Assembly (NCBI GenBank): GCA_965215275.1
Contig: OZ244044.1
Coordinates: forward strand, 256,001 to 320,000
From: Thermodesulfobacteriota bacterium
GTDB taxonomy: Bacteria; Desulfobacterota_D; UBA1144; Nemesobacterales; JAJCZQ01
DNA: 64,000 bases
Direction: 5' to 3'
Of the stretch, positions 42,371 to 53,248 are shown one piece after another. The notes under the pieces are model-generated. The model made no database searches, was not told the DNA's origin, and saw only the letters and a program-made list of their open reading frames with translations. Made by a program: the position numbers and the translations under genes. Positions within the stretch are counted from its first letter, which is position 1. Every line of letters begins with the position of its first letter.

Positions 42371-45300
42371 TTATACGTTATCCCACTTTAATTTCTTTAG
42401 ATAGGTTATCCCGGGTTTTGTATTTATAACCTCAAAGACCTTGTACCCTCTTTTATCCTTCTCCAGCTTCGAGACCTTGCTGGTCTTATCCTTGAGGTCA
42501 CCGAACACGATCGCGTCGGTCGGGCAGGCCTGCTGACATGCGGTAAGGATATCCCCATCCCTTACCACTCCATCCCCGTCCTTGGCAATATCTTCTCCGA
42601 ACTTGATCCTCTGTACGCAAAACGTGCATTTTTCCATAACTCCCTTTGTCCTCACCGTTACATCGGGATTAAGCTGCCAGTTCAGGGGTTCAGGGAACTT
42701 GTAGGTGTACCAGTTGAACTTTCTCACCTTATAAGTACAGTTGTTAGCACAGTACCTCGTTCCAACGCACCTGTTGTACACCATGCCGTTCAGACCTTCG
42801 GGGCTGTGGTACGTAGCATAAACGGGACAGACCGGTTCACAGGGAGCGTTACCGCAGTGCTGGCAAAGCATCGGCAGGAACCTAACGTCCAGCTTGCCGC
42901 TTTCATCTTTATCAAAATACCTTTCGATCCTTATCCAGGCCATATCACGGCGTTTTGCCACCTGGTCCTTCCCCACGAATGGGATGTTGTTTTCCGCGTA
43001 GCAAGCGGTCACACACGCTCCACACCCCGTACATTTGTTCAGGTCGATGTTCATCGCCCATCTGTGCTTTGCGTATTTTCTGGGAGGATAGAAATCAGGC
43101 TCCTCGTGATGGTCATGGTGATGACCACCTTTTTTAAGCTCGCTGATCGTCATGGCCTTTGCAACGTCCCTGTCGTGCTGTGTTTTCGTGTACTGCGTTC
43201 TTACGAGCAAGCTGTGATCTCCCGCACTGGAAACCGAAACTTTCGTGGAAAGAAAAGCAAAACCCCCTGATGTTTTATCCATGACGTCCGGCAGAAGGTC
43301 CAGAGGATTTACTCCTCTGTTCTTTGCGTATCTGCCGTAGCTCGTATGCCCTTGCCCCATAGGTACCGCGACCGTGTCGGACCTTATTCCTTCATAAACA
43401 AAGGCCTGGACCTTAAATTCTCCATAAGGTGACTTGATGTTCAGATACGAACCGTCCCTGACGCCGAGTTTTTTAGCGACGTCCGGATGGACCTCAACGT
43501 AGGAATCCCATACGGACGTTGAAAGTGCCTCGGGAAGTTCCTGAAGCCACGGCTTATTAGCACCGGAACCGTCGTAGTACCTGTAAGAGGGATAGGTCAC
43601 AAAGTAAAACCCTCCATCACCCTTCACGTAAGACTTGGAAACTTTAAACGACTTCAGATCCGAAGAAATTGAGACGTTCCTTCTGGACAGATCTAATTTA
43701 ATTCCACCTTCTTTAAGTGCCTGCCTCCAGAATGCCTCAAAGTTATTATCACCTTTATATCCTTTAATTAATGGACCAAGTTTTTCTATCAATTCAACTA
43801 ATGGACCAAGTTTTTCTATCAATTCATCTAATATCTTTTCTTGATGCTTTTGTGACCCTTTAATTAATGGAACAAATCTATATATTGATTCAATTAAAAA
43901 CCTCTCTTGATACCTTTGTGAATGTTTATCAAGAAATGATTTAAATTTATCCAACTGTTCCTTAGGTAAAGGAACGGCTCTTTTATAAGCTTGATGAACC
44001 CCAAACATTCGAAGTATCCAGTTCAAGATTCTAGCTACCAATGGGAAGGGACCAGCTATAATCCAGCTAGCTATAATCCCGGCAAGAATAAAAGCACATT
44101 CACGAGCAATAACACCACCATAATTTTTTGCTATATAAGATAACACTTCCTTAACTTCTTTTGCTATCTGAAGTAATACTTCTTTAACTTTAGATAATTT
44201 TTCTTTCAATGTAGACGAACCGATTGATACGGCCTTTTTCCAAGAATTTCTTAAGTAGTCATAATAGCTTGATTCCTCAAAGAGACCTTTTGTAACATCT
44301 ACCTTACCGCTCAGTTCTATGATCAGGTCACCGACCGACTTTGTATTAAATACCGGATGCATTACGGGCTGGATCATTCCCAGGTATGATTCGCTGAAAT
44401 AATAATCCCCCCAGCTCTCAAGCGAATGATGGTCTGGAAGAACAAGTGAGGCCATTTCAGTGGTTTCATCCATAAAAGAGGATAAACTCACTATATAGCC
44501 GGCCTTACCAAGTGCCTTGACCGCGTTAAATGACCTGGGAAGCGTAAAAGCGGGATTGGTTCCCTGAACTATGAGAAGTTCGACCTTGCCAGCTTCCATA
44601 TCTTTGAACAGATCTGTAATATCCTTAAAAGTGCTGACATCTGATATGGACAGCGTATCTGAAAAATCCACCGTTTCTCCAATATTACCGACAAGATAGT
44701 TCAGTATATTGATCGCGACCATGGTTTCGGTTGCATTGGTTCCGCTGTTGGCTACGCCTCCTCCGATAGCAATACTTCTGTCCTTGCTGAAATCAGAGGC
44801 TACCTGGTTGATGGTTTCCACTGAAATATCCGTTAATTTAGAGACTTTCTCCGGGGTGTATCCCGATATCAGTTTTTTCACAACTGAAGCTTTTTCCCTG
44901 TTCCATCCCCTGCTTACGATCACGTTCGCGATCCCCAGTGCCAGGAACACTTCGGTCCCGGGTTTAACGGCAAGCCACAGGTCCGCACTGGTGGCAGTAA
45001 CAGAGGCCCTTGGTTCCACCTGGACCACTTTGCCCATCCTGCCGTCCTTATACGTCTTCAGTTTTGAAAATCCCTTGGCAAAATACGTGGGTGACAGCCA
45101 CGTCTCAAGAAAATCAGCACCAAACGAAAGGACATAATCTGCCTTTTCTATCCTGTAAGTCGGTATTTCATCAGCGTCGAAACATATCCTGTTGGCCTGT
45201 CTGATCGGTTCGTACGAGAACGACTCGTAGGTGTAACGGCGACCTCCAATGGCCTGTACCCATCTGTCAACGAGGTTGTCCAGGGTACCCGAGATATTAT

Positions 45301-45772
45301 TGCTCAGATAAACTATACTGCTTCCTCTGCCGCTGCTGACGAGCCTGTTTATTTTTTCAGATAACGTGTCAATACCTTCGTCCCATCCGATCGGAACGAG
45401 GTTTTTTCTGTTCTTCTTCTTTCCGAGCGGGGACCTTATTCTGTCCGGATTGTAAAGTCCCTGCAGAGAAGCCTGTCCCCTTGCACACGTGCTTCCTTCA
45501 TTAGTTGGACTGGCAGGGTTACCTTCTACTTTTATAGCCCTTCCATCCCTGTTCTTTACAACTACACCGCACCCGGATGGACACTCCCTGCACGTGGAAG
45601 CATAGAATTTCGGTACCGCGGGTACGTAGGACTCAGGGGGTATGACGTAAGGTATTATCTGCTCAACGGGATCACCCGAACATGCACCGGTAACCGCTGC
45701 CGTACCACCGGCGACCCCTATCACCTTTAAGAAGTCCCTTCTGCTCAATCCGCTGTTTTTCTTTTCAGACAT
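42371..45772 (-). CDS. actB: ACIII subunit B (molybdopterin-oxidoreductase-like + Fe-S domain) with an in-frame insertion
   Basis: Tat signal SRRDFLK, CRECPSGC, CTGCGACVTAC, CQHCGNAPCEPVCP, CVGTRYCANNC, CTFCVQR. Confidence 0.92.
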   Translation of the reverse strand: MSEKKNSGLSRRDFLKVIGVAGGTAAVTGACSGDPVEQIIPYVIPPESYVPAVPKFYASTCRECPSGCGVVVKNRDGRAIKVEGNPASPTNEGSTCARGQASLQGLYNPDRIRSPLGKKKNRKNLVPIGWDEGIDTLSEKINRLVSSGRGSSIVYLSNNISGTLDNLVDRWVQAIGGRRYTYESFSYEPIRQANRICFDADEIPTYRIEKADYVLSFGADFLETWLSPTYFAKGFSKLKTYKDGRMGKVVQVEPRASVTATSADLWLAVKPGTEVFLALGIANVIVSRGWNREKASVVKKLISGYTPEKVSKLTDISVETINQVASDFSKDRSIAIGGGVANSGTNATETMVAINILNYLVGNIGETVDFSDTLSISDVSTFKDITDLFKDMEAGKVELLIVQGTNPAFTLPRSFNAVKALGKAGYIVSLSSFMDETTEMASLVLPDHHSLESWGDYYFSESYLGMIQPVMHPVFNTKSVGDLIIELSGKVDVTKGLFEESSYYDYLRNSWKKAVSIGSSTLKEKLSKVKEVLLQIAKEVKEVLSYIAKNYGGVIARECAFILAGIIASWIIAGPFPLVARILNWILRMFGVHQAYKRAVPLPKEQLDKFKSFLDKHSQRYQERFLIESIYRFVPLIKGSQKHQEKILDELIEKLGPLVELIEKLGPLIKGYKGDNNFEAFWRQALKEGGIKLDLSRRNVSISSDLKSFKVSKSYVKGDGGFYFVTYPSYRYYDGSGANKPWLQELPEALSTSVWDSYVEVHPDVAKKLGVRDGSYLNIKSPYGEFKVQAFVYEGIRSDTVAVPMGQGHTSYGRYAKNRGVNPLDLLPDVMDKTSGGFAFLSTKVSVSSAGDHSLLVRTQYTKTQHDRDVAKAMTISELKKGGHHHDHHEEPDFYPPRKYAKHRWAMNIDLNKCTGCGACVTACYAENNIPFVGKDQVAKRRDMAWIRIERYFDKDESGKLDVRFLPMLCQHCGNAPCEPVCPVYATYHSPEGLNGMVYNRCVGTRYCANNCTYKVRKFNWYTYKFPEPLNWQLNPDVTVRTKGVMEKCTFCVQRIKFGEDIAKDGDGVVRDGDILTACQQACPTDAIVFGDLKDKTSKVSKLEKDKRGYKVFEVINTKPGITYLKKLKWDNV

Positions 45773-45788
45773 TTATACCTCCAACCAC

Positions 45789-46358
45789 TTAATAATGGCA
45801 GGTAAGACAATCCTTTAACTGTTCTAAATGCTCCGCATTATCTGCATTTTGTTCATGACATGTTATACAAAAACCCATATTAAGGCTCTCCGCCTTGTAC
45901 ACAACGTCCATTTCCTGCACCTGTCCGTGACAGGTCTGGCATTCAAATCCCCTCTTGATGTGTCTCTTGTGATTGAACTTCACGTACTCCGGCATGGTCG
46001 TGACCTTTACCCATGGTATGGGTTCTTTTCTCTCCCAGTAGTCCTTGACCTTGGCGATCTCCTTCTTATAGTTTATCACCTGTCCATCACTGGTCGTATA
46101 GTCCTGATCCCTTCCGCTTACGAACTGATGGCATCCGATACATTTCTGAACGGACGGTATGCCTGGATTTGGTGATACATCTGCAAAACTGTGACAGTAC
46201 TGACACGGGATCTGGTTCTCTCCTGCATGTATCTTATGGCTGAACAGGACCGGCTGAGAGGGACCACGACTGTTACTTTCTGCCGTGTACTGATATATCC
46301 CTACTGCAAAAAAGGCACACAACACGACAACTGGGGTAATTTTTATAAAGTAGTTCAT
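45789..46358 (-). CDS. actA: ACIII pentaheme cytochrome c subunit A
   Basis: Five CxxCH motifs and an N-terminal TM anchor. Confidence 0.9.
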   Translation of the reverse strand: MNYFIKITPVVVLCAFFAVGIYQYTAESNSRGPSQPVLFSHKIHAGENQIPCQYCHSFADVSPNPGIPSVQKCIGCHQFVSGRDQDYTTSDGQVINYKKEIAKVKDYWERKEPIPWVKVTTMPEYVKFNHKRHIKRGFECQTCHGQVQEMDVVYKAESLNMGFCITCHEQNADNAEHLEQLKDCLTCHY

Positions 46359-46508
46359 AAATCGATCAATTCTTTGTAAAAAGACCGCAGTCCTGACAGA
46401 TGGTTATTATCTATACCAGCCTGCAACTCGGCGGTGCAGTCGTGGGTAAAAAAGTTCTCCTTATCCTTAAAAAATGGTTGATTATTTATACCAGCTTGCA
46501 GTTATCTG

Positions 46509-47264
46509 TCAAGTCATATTGGAAATATCCGTTAAAGAACTGCTGGTATCGTCCATATCAAATATGCCTCCAAGCTCTTTTACAAAGAACTTATGGCTGT
46601 TCTCATTTAAATTCCCGACCCACCCTTTTTCCACGTTCACGTTTTCCAGCTGCGGAACAACTCCCAGTATATCAGTTCCCAGCAGCTCCCTCAGCTGAGA
46701 GATATTCGTGCGGGTGGCCAGTCCCGGGTTTCCGGGATAACCGGATATTACGACCCCTAGGATCTTAAGTCCGCAGGACGTTGCATGATCTATGGTCAGA
46801 AGGGTGTGATTGATCGTGCCAAGTCCCGGCCTTGCCACGATCAGAAGAGATGCTCCCAGGTCCTTTGCCAGATCGCTCATAAAGTAGTCCTTTACTATCG
46901 GCACTCTGATACCACCGGCGCCCTCTATCAGGTTTACGCCTTCTTTGTCCATTCTGCTTTCCGTTATCTCTATGACCTCAGGGACCCTGTAGCTGATATT
47001 TTCCAGTTTACTTGCATAATACGGTGAAAGTGGTTTTCTTAGCCTGAAGGGACAGACCCTGTTCATATCAAAGGTCCTGTTCATTACCTTATAGATGAAC
47101 TCTATATCGTGAACAATGGGTTCTTCCGTTCCGGTCTGAAAAGGTTTGAGGCAGGTGACCTTAACTCCTTTCTTTATTAAACAGCTGGAAACCGCAGCAG
47201 TAACGACCGTCTTTCCGACCCCGGTATCGGTCCCCGTAACGAATATCCTGTCTGGAAGGTCCAT
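46509..47264 (-). CDS. bioD: Dethiobiotin synthase
   Basis: FVTGTDTGVGKT, IEGAGG, LGTINHTLLT. Confidence 0.95.
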   Translation of the reverse strand: MDLPDRIFVTGTDTGVGKTVVTAAVSSCLIKKGVKVTCLKPFQTGTEEPIVHDIEFIYKVMNRTFDMNRVCPFRLRKPLSPYYASKLENISYRVPEVIEITESRMDKEGVNLIEGAGGIRVPIVKDYFMSDLAKDLGASLLIVARPGLGTINHTLLTIDHATSCGLKILGVVISGYPGNPGLATRTNISQLRELLGTDILGVVPQLENVNVEKGWVGNLNENSHKFFVKELGGIFDMDDTSSSLTDISNMT

Positions 47265-47293
47265 TAACTTATAATACCGCCTTGCAGGCTGCT

Positions 47294-47752
47294 TTAAAGT
47301 GCCAGCTCCCTGACCTTTTCAGCTACTTCATCAGCATGGCTGGAGGTTTTAACCTTTGTCCAGATATGCAGTATTATACCATTTGTGTCTATCAGGAATG
47401 TATTTCTCTTTGCAGAACCAAAAGGGCCTTTCACGCCATACATACTTACAATACTTTTGCTTTTATCGCTGATCAGAGGAAAGTTCAGTTCGTGTTTATC
47501 TCTGAAATTCTCATGTGCTTTCACTCCATCGGTACTTACCCCGACGACCTGTACTCCCAGCTTTGAAAGCTCGTCCATCCCATCTCTGAGAGAACAGGCC
47601 TGTTTGGTACATCCGGGAGTATTGTCCCTTGGATAAAAGTAAAGTGCCACGATACCTTTCTTATAAAGATCACTTAACCTGATCATCTCGCCACCATAGG
47701 TCTCGGCCTCGAAATCAGGTGCACTGTCCCCTGTTTTTAATTTTTCAGACAT
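47294..47752 (-). CDS. bcp: Peroxiredoxin BCP
   Basis: FYPRDNTPGCTKQAC. Confidence 0.93.
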   Translation of the reverse strand: MSEKLKTGDSAPDFEAETYGGEMIRLSDLYKKGIVALYFYPRDNTPGCTKQACSLRDGMDELSKLGVQVVGVSTDGVKAHENFRDKHELNFPLISDKSKSIVSMYGVKGPFGSAKRNTFLIDTNGIILHIWTKVKTSSHADEVAEKVRELAL

Positions 47753-48117
47753 ATATTTTTCTCCTTGAGAACATCAGACTGAACACAAGTATAGACGATC
47801 ACAGAAAAAAGTTAAGATGAAATTACAAGACAAAAACCGGAACGAGACCTGCCAGCACAAATTCCAGCCGTCCTGACCAAATCCCTTTTATTATCTGATA
47901 AATTTCAAATAATAAAAGTATGATAACAATGTTTATTAAAGTAAACTCTTAACTCTCTGTATACGTTAAGACACGCTGTAAAGAGCAGGATACAAAGCGG
48001 ACCCGGGCAGGTAAAGGAACTGAAAGAGCGAAATTTAAAGGATCTTATCTTTGAAATATAAGGTTTGATCATATATTCTAATGGCAGTAAAAATTCCAGA
48101 AACGGAGAACTTATAAT

Positions 48118-48513
48118 ATGAAAAAAATAATAAAGATCAACAGTTCGAACCAGGCTCCGCAGGAGCAGGGTGTAACGTTTAAAAAGTTCGAGAAGAAAGA
48201 CAAGACAGAAAAAGTCGAACTGACGGAAGAAACGATAAAAAGTGCACTGGAGAAGGTGAACGACCCTGAGCTCCCAGTGAACATAGTCGACCTGGGACTG
48301 ATCTACGACACAAAGGTATCAGGCAATGACATTAACGTAAAAATGACCCTTACCACACCTGGATGCGGCATGGGTGCAATGATAGCGACACAGGCCGAAA
48401 TGGCATTGAAGGACATAGGGGCTGATAACGTTCTGATCGAGATCATATGGGACCCGCCATGGAACCCGGACATGATGAGCGATAAGGCCAAGGAAAAGCT
48501 CGGTATCGGTTAG
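48118..48513 (+). CDS. DUF59/SufT-like Fe-S assembly factor
   Basis: DPELPVNIVDLGLIY, MTLTTPGC, WDPPW. Confidence 0.9.
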   Translation: MKKIIKINSSNQAPQEQGVTFKKFEKKDKTEKVELTEETIKSALEKVNDPELPVNIVDLGLIYDTKVSGNDINVKMTLTTPGCGMGAMIATQAEMALKDIGADNVLIEIIWDPPWNPDMMSDKAKEKLGIG

Positions 48514-48518
48514 TCCAT

Positions 48519-49568
48519 ATGCCCCTTAACAAAGAAAATATCTTACAAACCCTGAAAAATATCAAATATCCCGGGTTTACAAGGGATATCGTTTCCTTCG
48601 GACTTGTAAAGGAAGTAAGTATTGACGGGTCCGTCGTTCATATCTCCATTGTGCTTCCAAAGCCCGATGAAGCACTGAGGTCCCAGATAGAGGATGCCGT
48701 CAGAAGTTCCATCCTTGAAATACCCGGCGTTTCAAGCCTGGATCTGGAAATAAGTGCAAGGCAGACCACCGGAAAACCCACGGATACCGCCAGAACGGAC
48801 GGGTCCAAGCTCCCTGATATAAAACACTATATAGCAGTTGCCAGCGGCAAGGGTGGCGTCGGCAAATCGACCGTGGCGGTAAACCTTGCACTGGCAATGT
48901 CAAAAAAAAGACAGAACATAGGTCTGATGGATGCAGATATCTGGGGACCGAGCGCTCCTATAATGATGGGCACGGACGCAAGACCGGTCGCGTCTGGCGA
49001 TCAGAAGATATTTCCCGTTGAAAAGTATGGACTGAAGATGATATCAATAGGATTTCTGGTAAACGAAGAAGAAGCAGTGATCTGGAGAGGTCCCATGGTG
49101 CACAGTGCGGTCAAGCAGTTTATCGAAGACGTGGAATGGAAAGATACCGACTATCTCGTGATCGACCTGCCTCCCGGAACCGGGGACGCTCAACTTTCCC
49201 TCGCACAGACCGTTCCCCTCAGTGGCGGCGTGATCGTCACTACCCCGCAGGACGTAGCACTGATCGACGTCAGAAGAGGGATCTTGATGTTTCAGAAGCT
49301 CAATATACCTCTGATCGGGATTATTGAGAACATGAGCTATCTGGACGTACCCGCAAGTAACGACCAGATAGATATCTTTGGCAGAGGTGGCGGCAAGAAG
49401 ATGGCAGATAAGTTCAACGTACCGTTCCTTGGAGAAATACCAATCGACCCCAATATCAGGATCGGCGGGGATACAGGAAGCCCCATCGTGGAGTCCAGAC
49501 CTGACTCCAAAGCATCAGAGGCATTCTTCAGTATTGCTGACCAGGTACTGAAATATGTTGAGAAATAA
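48519..49568 (+). CDS. apbC: Mrp/ApbC Fe-S carrier ATPase
   Basis: SGKGGVGKST, IWRGPM, DLPPGTGD, ENMS. Confidence 0.92.
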   Translation: MPLNKENILQTLKNIKYPGFTRDIVSFGLVKEVSIDGSVVHISIVLPKPDEALRSQIEDAVRSSILEIPGVSSLDLEISARQTTGKPTDTARTDGSKLPDIKHYIAVASGKGGVGKSTVAVNLALAMSKKRQNIGLMDADIWGPSAPIMMGTDARPVASGDQKIFPVEKYGLKMISIGFLVNEEEAVIWRGPMVHSAVKQFIEDVEWKDTDYLVIDLPPGTGDAQLSLAQTVPLSGGVIVTTPQDVALIDVRRGILMFQKLNIPLIGIIENMSYLDVPASNDQIDIFGRGGGKKMADKFNVPFLGEIPIDPNIRIGGDTGSPIVESRPDSKASEAFFSIADQVLKYVEK

Positions 49569-49613
49569 AAAATTCAGGGATTAAACTATTAAGAAAGTCA
49601 CTTATGAACTAAA

Positions 49614-50594
49614 ATGAGCCAGGTAAAAGATTATTACAAGACGTTAGGCGTTTCAAAATCGGCATCCAAAGAGGAGATCAAAAAAGCCTACAGGGATATG
49701 GCAAGAAAGTATCATCCTGATCTCAATCCCAACGATAAAGGAGCGGAAGACAGGTTCAAGGACATTCAGGAAGCTTATGAAGTGCTCTATGACGATCAGA
49801 AACGGCAGCAGTACGACACGTTCGGTCACATGAACTTTGGTGGCAGCCGGGGTGGTCAGCAGGGTTTTTCCGGTTCATACCGCTTCTCTGGTGATATACC
49901 GAGCTTTGAAGAGATCTTCAAGGACGTGTTTGGTGGTGCTTTTTCGGGCCGTGGAGGCGGGTCATCAGATCCTTTTTCAAGTATGTTCGGGGGATTTTCA
50001 ACGGGCGGACGCTCCCGGCAACGTCAGCAGAGACCCAGAAACACGGAATACAGTATCACTATAGATTTTCATACAGCTATAAAGGGAGGGGAAAAGAACC
50101 TGATCATCAACCACCGAGATGAGCAGGGAAATAAACAAAACGAGACGATTTCCGTCAAGATACCACAAGGGGTCAATGACGGTGCAAAAATGAGGCTGAA
50201 GGGTAAAGGAGAACGATCAGGAAACAAAAGAGCAGACCTTATACTGAATATCAAGGTTACACCCCACGAACTATTTACAAGACAGGGAGATGATCTCTCA
50301 ATAACCCTGCCAATAACCTTTTATGAAGCAGCATTGGGGGTAACTACTGAAGTCCCAACCGTCGATGGTAAAGTAGAGTTGGTAATTCCAAAGGAATTAC
50401 AGAACGGTGCAAAAATGAGGCTGAAGAACAAAGGCGTCAAAAATCTAAAAACAAAAAAAACTGGTGATCAGTACGTTATTATAAAGATCGTAATGCCAGA
50501 TAATATCAATAGTGAAACACTGGAAAAACTCAAAGATATTTCCAAATCCCAGCCGTATAACCCGAGAGAATATTTAGATAAACACCTGACCTGA
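49614..50594 (+). CDS. DnaJ class B chaperone (CbpA-like)
   Basis: J-domain HPD, G/F-rich linker, C-terminal domain, no zinc finger. Confidence 0.9.
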   Translation: MSQVKDYYKTLGVSKSASKEEIKKAYRDMARKYHPDLNPNDKGAEDRFKDIQEAYEVLYDDQKRQQYDTFGHMNFGGSRGGQQGFSGSYRFSGDIPSFEEIFKDVFGGAFSGRGGGSSDPFSSMFGGFSTGGRSRQRQQRPRNTEYSITIDFHTAIKGGEKNLIINHRDEQGNKQNETISVKIPQGVNDGAKMRLKGKGERSGNKRADLILNIKVTPHELFTRQGDDLSITLPITFYEAALGVTTEVPTVDGKVELVIPKELQNGAKMRLKNKGVKNLKTKKTGDQYVIIKIVMPDNINSETLEKLKDISKSQPYNPREYLDKHLT

Positions 50595-50921
50595 AACTAT
50601 TCGTCTTTATAAATAAGATTATTATATGCTTTGTTGTCCTAGATTAAAAAAAACAAGCATCAATGCCATCAAGCTCCCCATCTATCGGCAGATTTATCTT
50701 TGGTTTTCTCCTCACTGTTTTTTCTTATCCAAGAGAAGGGTTTATCAGTTGCTGCCTTAACAATGGTTGGCGACATGTATTACAGACGTGAAGCTCAATC
50801 TCCCATAGATTAAGAAGACCAATCTTTTGACTTATAACGCATTATCTCCATATCGGAGGTTCTAAATGGGCATTCCATCGGGGAGGTTACGGGACAAGGT
50901 AAGAATGACAAAACGAGATAA

Positions 50922-51170
50922 ATGAAAGAAGTTGAAGCAATAAAAAAGACTGATAAGCGCATGGTAGATTACGTTTACGGACCTACTATGGACATCAATG
51001 AGGATAACATTATACAACTTCTTGTAGAAGACCGTATAATGGATAAACAAGAAACCATTGCCTTGAAGATATTAACTGACGAGGGCGATTTGCAACTTTC
51101 TAAAGAAGATGGTAAGATACCAGTGGAATGGGGTCAGACCATACAAAACCCGGTTAGCAATGGGGATTAA
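50922..51170 (+). CDS. Hypothetical protein, possibly a phage head-module fragment
   Basis: 82-codon ORF directly upstream of the capsid-like gene. Confidence 0.35.
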   Translation: MKEVEAIKKTDKRMVDYVYGPTMDINEDNIIQLLVEDRIMDKQETIALKILTDEGDLQLSKEDGKIPVEWGQTIQNPVSNGD

Positions 51171-51255
51171 GATAGAGAAGTATTTACTGAAAAAATACCC
51201 CAGTTTACTGATTTAAAGAGCTGGGAACAATTTAGTATAGGGGAGGTAATGAACA

Positions 51256-52512
51256 ATGCCGGAGAGGAAACTAATAACAAAGGAAAAATACCAGAACAAG
51301 TTGATGGCTATTTTTTCGACTCAGGAAGGTGATTTGATAGAGAAGGTCAATCGTAACAACGATAGGTTAAATGCAAAGGAGATTACAGAAGAACAGTGGT
51401 TGATCGAAGATCGCACTCTGAAGGCAGAAGGTGCAGATATCAGAAGCACAAAAGATCTTTGGGAACAGCTTGACAGCTATGTGATCAACACTGGAGATTA
51501 TAGTCCGGTATTTGCTGATCATCATAAAATGCCCGTTCCATCGTTTGATAAAGCATTTTCTGAGATGATAGGCACTCCATCTCAGAAAGGAAAGGTCAAT
51601 TCATATGAGATGAGTGAACGTGACTGGATAACGCTTTTGAGGGGTGGGGGTATGGCAGTTCCGTTACAGGCAGCTGTAGGCGATATGTCGACTGGCGATG
51701 CTGTTGCAGAAGCAACTAACACGTCAGAGGTTGTTGAATACCTGATGAATCCTATTACTATCTTAGATTTTATCACTGTCCGGATGATAAATACGAGACA
51801 GATACGTATGATCCGAGAAGATACTACTAAAGCAGATTTTGGTCTGACCGCCAAGGTAGCAACCAGAGATTGTGTGTCTACTGGTGCTTTCTATCGTTTC
51901 AATGAGGAGTTGATGCTGGATGACAATAGAGCTCACTTCCTTCCATATGTAAGAACAAGGTTGCCGATGGAGTTTCGCCTTCAGGTCGAAACGTGGTTAT
52001 ATCGTGGAGCTGGTACAAGTAACACTCCTCTTGGTTTTACTGCTGAAACAGGTAGATCTACCTTGACTGACCTTGCACACAGTGGAGCTTCTGTGCAAAA
52101 ACGGCTTGAAGCCTTTGAGGATGCTCGTGTAAAAATCTTTACAGATGCAAAAACACGTGCCAACTTGTTCATTGTGCATCCATCACATTTTTCCGAGTTT
52201 TTAACTCTGAAAAACAGTGATAATAGGTATCTGTTTGCTATAAACACAGTGAAAACACAGAGTGGAAAACAGATCCCAACAGTTTGGGGTGTACCTATTG
52301 TAGAATCTTTCGCAGCTGAGAAGAATAAATTCACGGCTGTGGATATGGGGTTTGTATCCCAGTATCTTCTGAAGGGAAGCACAAGGCTCCGTGAAGGTCA
52401 GATAGATGACGACCTGCTGAAAAACAAATGGACGATCATAATTGACTCCTATATGAATCAGTATACCGTTCGTCCTAAAGCGGTCTGCACATGGGGACAG
52501 GCGACTTCTTAA
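51256..52512 (+). CDS. HK97-type phage major capsid protein
   Basis: Helical N-terminus, GGMAVP, EELMLD, G.GTSNTPLG, LKNSDNRYL, TVWGVPIVES, VRPKAV; RBS GGAGGT. Confidence 0.75.
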   Translation: MPERKLITKEKYQNKLMAIFSTQEGDLIEKVNRNNDRLNAKEITEEQWLIEDRTLKAEGADIRSTKDLWEQLDSYVINTGDYSPVFADHHKMPVPSFDKAFSEMIGTPSQKGKVNSYEMSERDWITLLRGGGMAVPLQAAVGDMSTGDAVAEATNTSEVVEYLMNPITILDFITVRMINTRQIRMIREDTTKADFGLTAKVATRDCVSTGAFYRFNEELMLDDNRAHFLPYVRTRLPMEFRLQVETWLYRGAGTSNTPLGFTAETGRSTLTDLAHSGASVQKRLEAFEDARVKIFTDAKTRANLFIVHPSHFSEFLTLKNSDNRYLFAINTVKTQSGKQIPTVWGVPIVESFAAEKNKFTAVDMGFVSQYLLKGSTRLREGQIDDDLLKNKWTIIIDSYMNQYTVRPKAVCTWGQATS

Positions 52513-52778
52513 TTAGAGAAAGACGGGAGATTCAGACTGATAAAGTTCTGAATCTCCTATTCTTATCCCGGATCAAGAAGCATCTGCGTATTGCAACGAA
52601 CGAGACAGATGAAGATGAGTTGTTGCAGGAATATGCTGAAGCGTCAGAGAAGTTAATCGAGCATATGACGGACATCTTTCTTAACGACTGTGTTTTCTTT
52701 TATACTTTCGATGTATCTCAAGATTCTAAAGAAGTATTTGATTTAGATGCTTATCCTATAACGGTTAATATCATTTGA
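52491..52778 (+). CDS. Phage head-tail connector (gp6-like), apparently truncated
   Basis: IKKHLRI...DEDELLQEY..A....IEHMT; follows the capsid gene. Confidence 0.7.
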   Translation: MGTGDFLIRERREIQTDKVLNLLFLSRIKKHLRIATNETDEDELLQEYAEASEKLIEHMTDIFLNDCVFFYTFDVSQDSKEVFDLDAYPITVNII

Positions 52779-53031
52779 TTATTCGAAAAGAATGAAAGAA
52801 TTCATTTTGCTTTTGATAAATACATTGAAAACGATACGGTCTTGCAAGATCTTGAAGGTAATGTTTTAACTCCTGCCAGTAGCATTGCTGTAGAATTTTT
52901 AACGCTAACTTTCTTAAAGTTCGTCATACGGCAAGCAAAGATTACGTGAGTATTCTGTTCGAATCCCAATTGGGTCGTACTCTTGGATACATAGCTGATG
53001 AAACTGCAGCCAGCAGACATTCTGACGGAAA

Positions 53032-53099
53032 GATATCAGTTAGTTCAATCCTCGGAAAGGACTGCGTCGTTGTTATGTATTTATTCGAGACCTTCTCTT
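53032..53099. repeat. 68-bp direct repeat of 54711-54778 (3' end of paralog 3)
   Basis: Manual alignment gives 62/68 identity; minus strand encodes KRRSRINT*. Confidence 0.9.
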
Positions 53100-53248
53100 C
53101 CTTGCTAAATCGTTTTCTCTTAGCCTGATTCTCTCATGTAGTAGCTAAATGACACACCTAGGCTAATCAGGCAAGAGAGCGGAAAATGAGGAGGGGGAGA
53201 TAATTATTAAATACTCTTTTTATTTTTTGTTTGGATTTATACGAATCT

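Noticed and set aside
43745..44215. Intein in ActB
   Set aside because: No His-Asn plus Cys/Ser/Thr junction and no recognisable Hint or homing-endonuclease motifs
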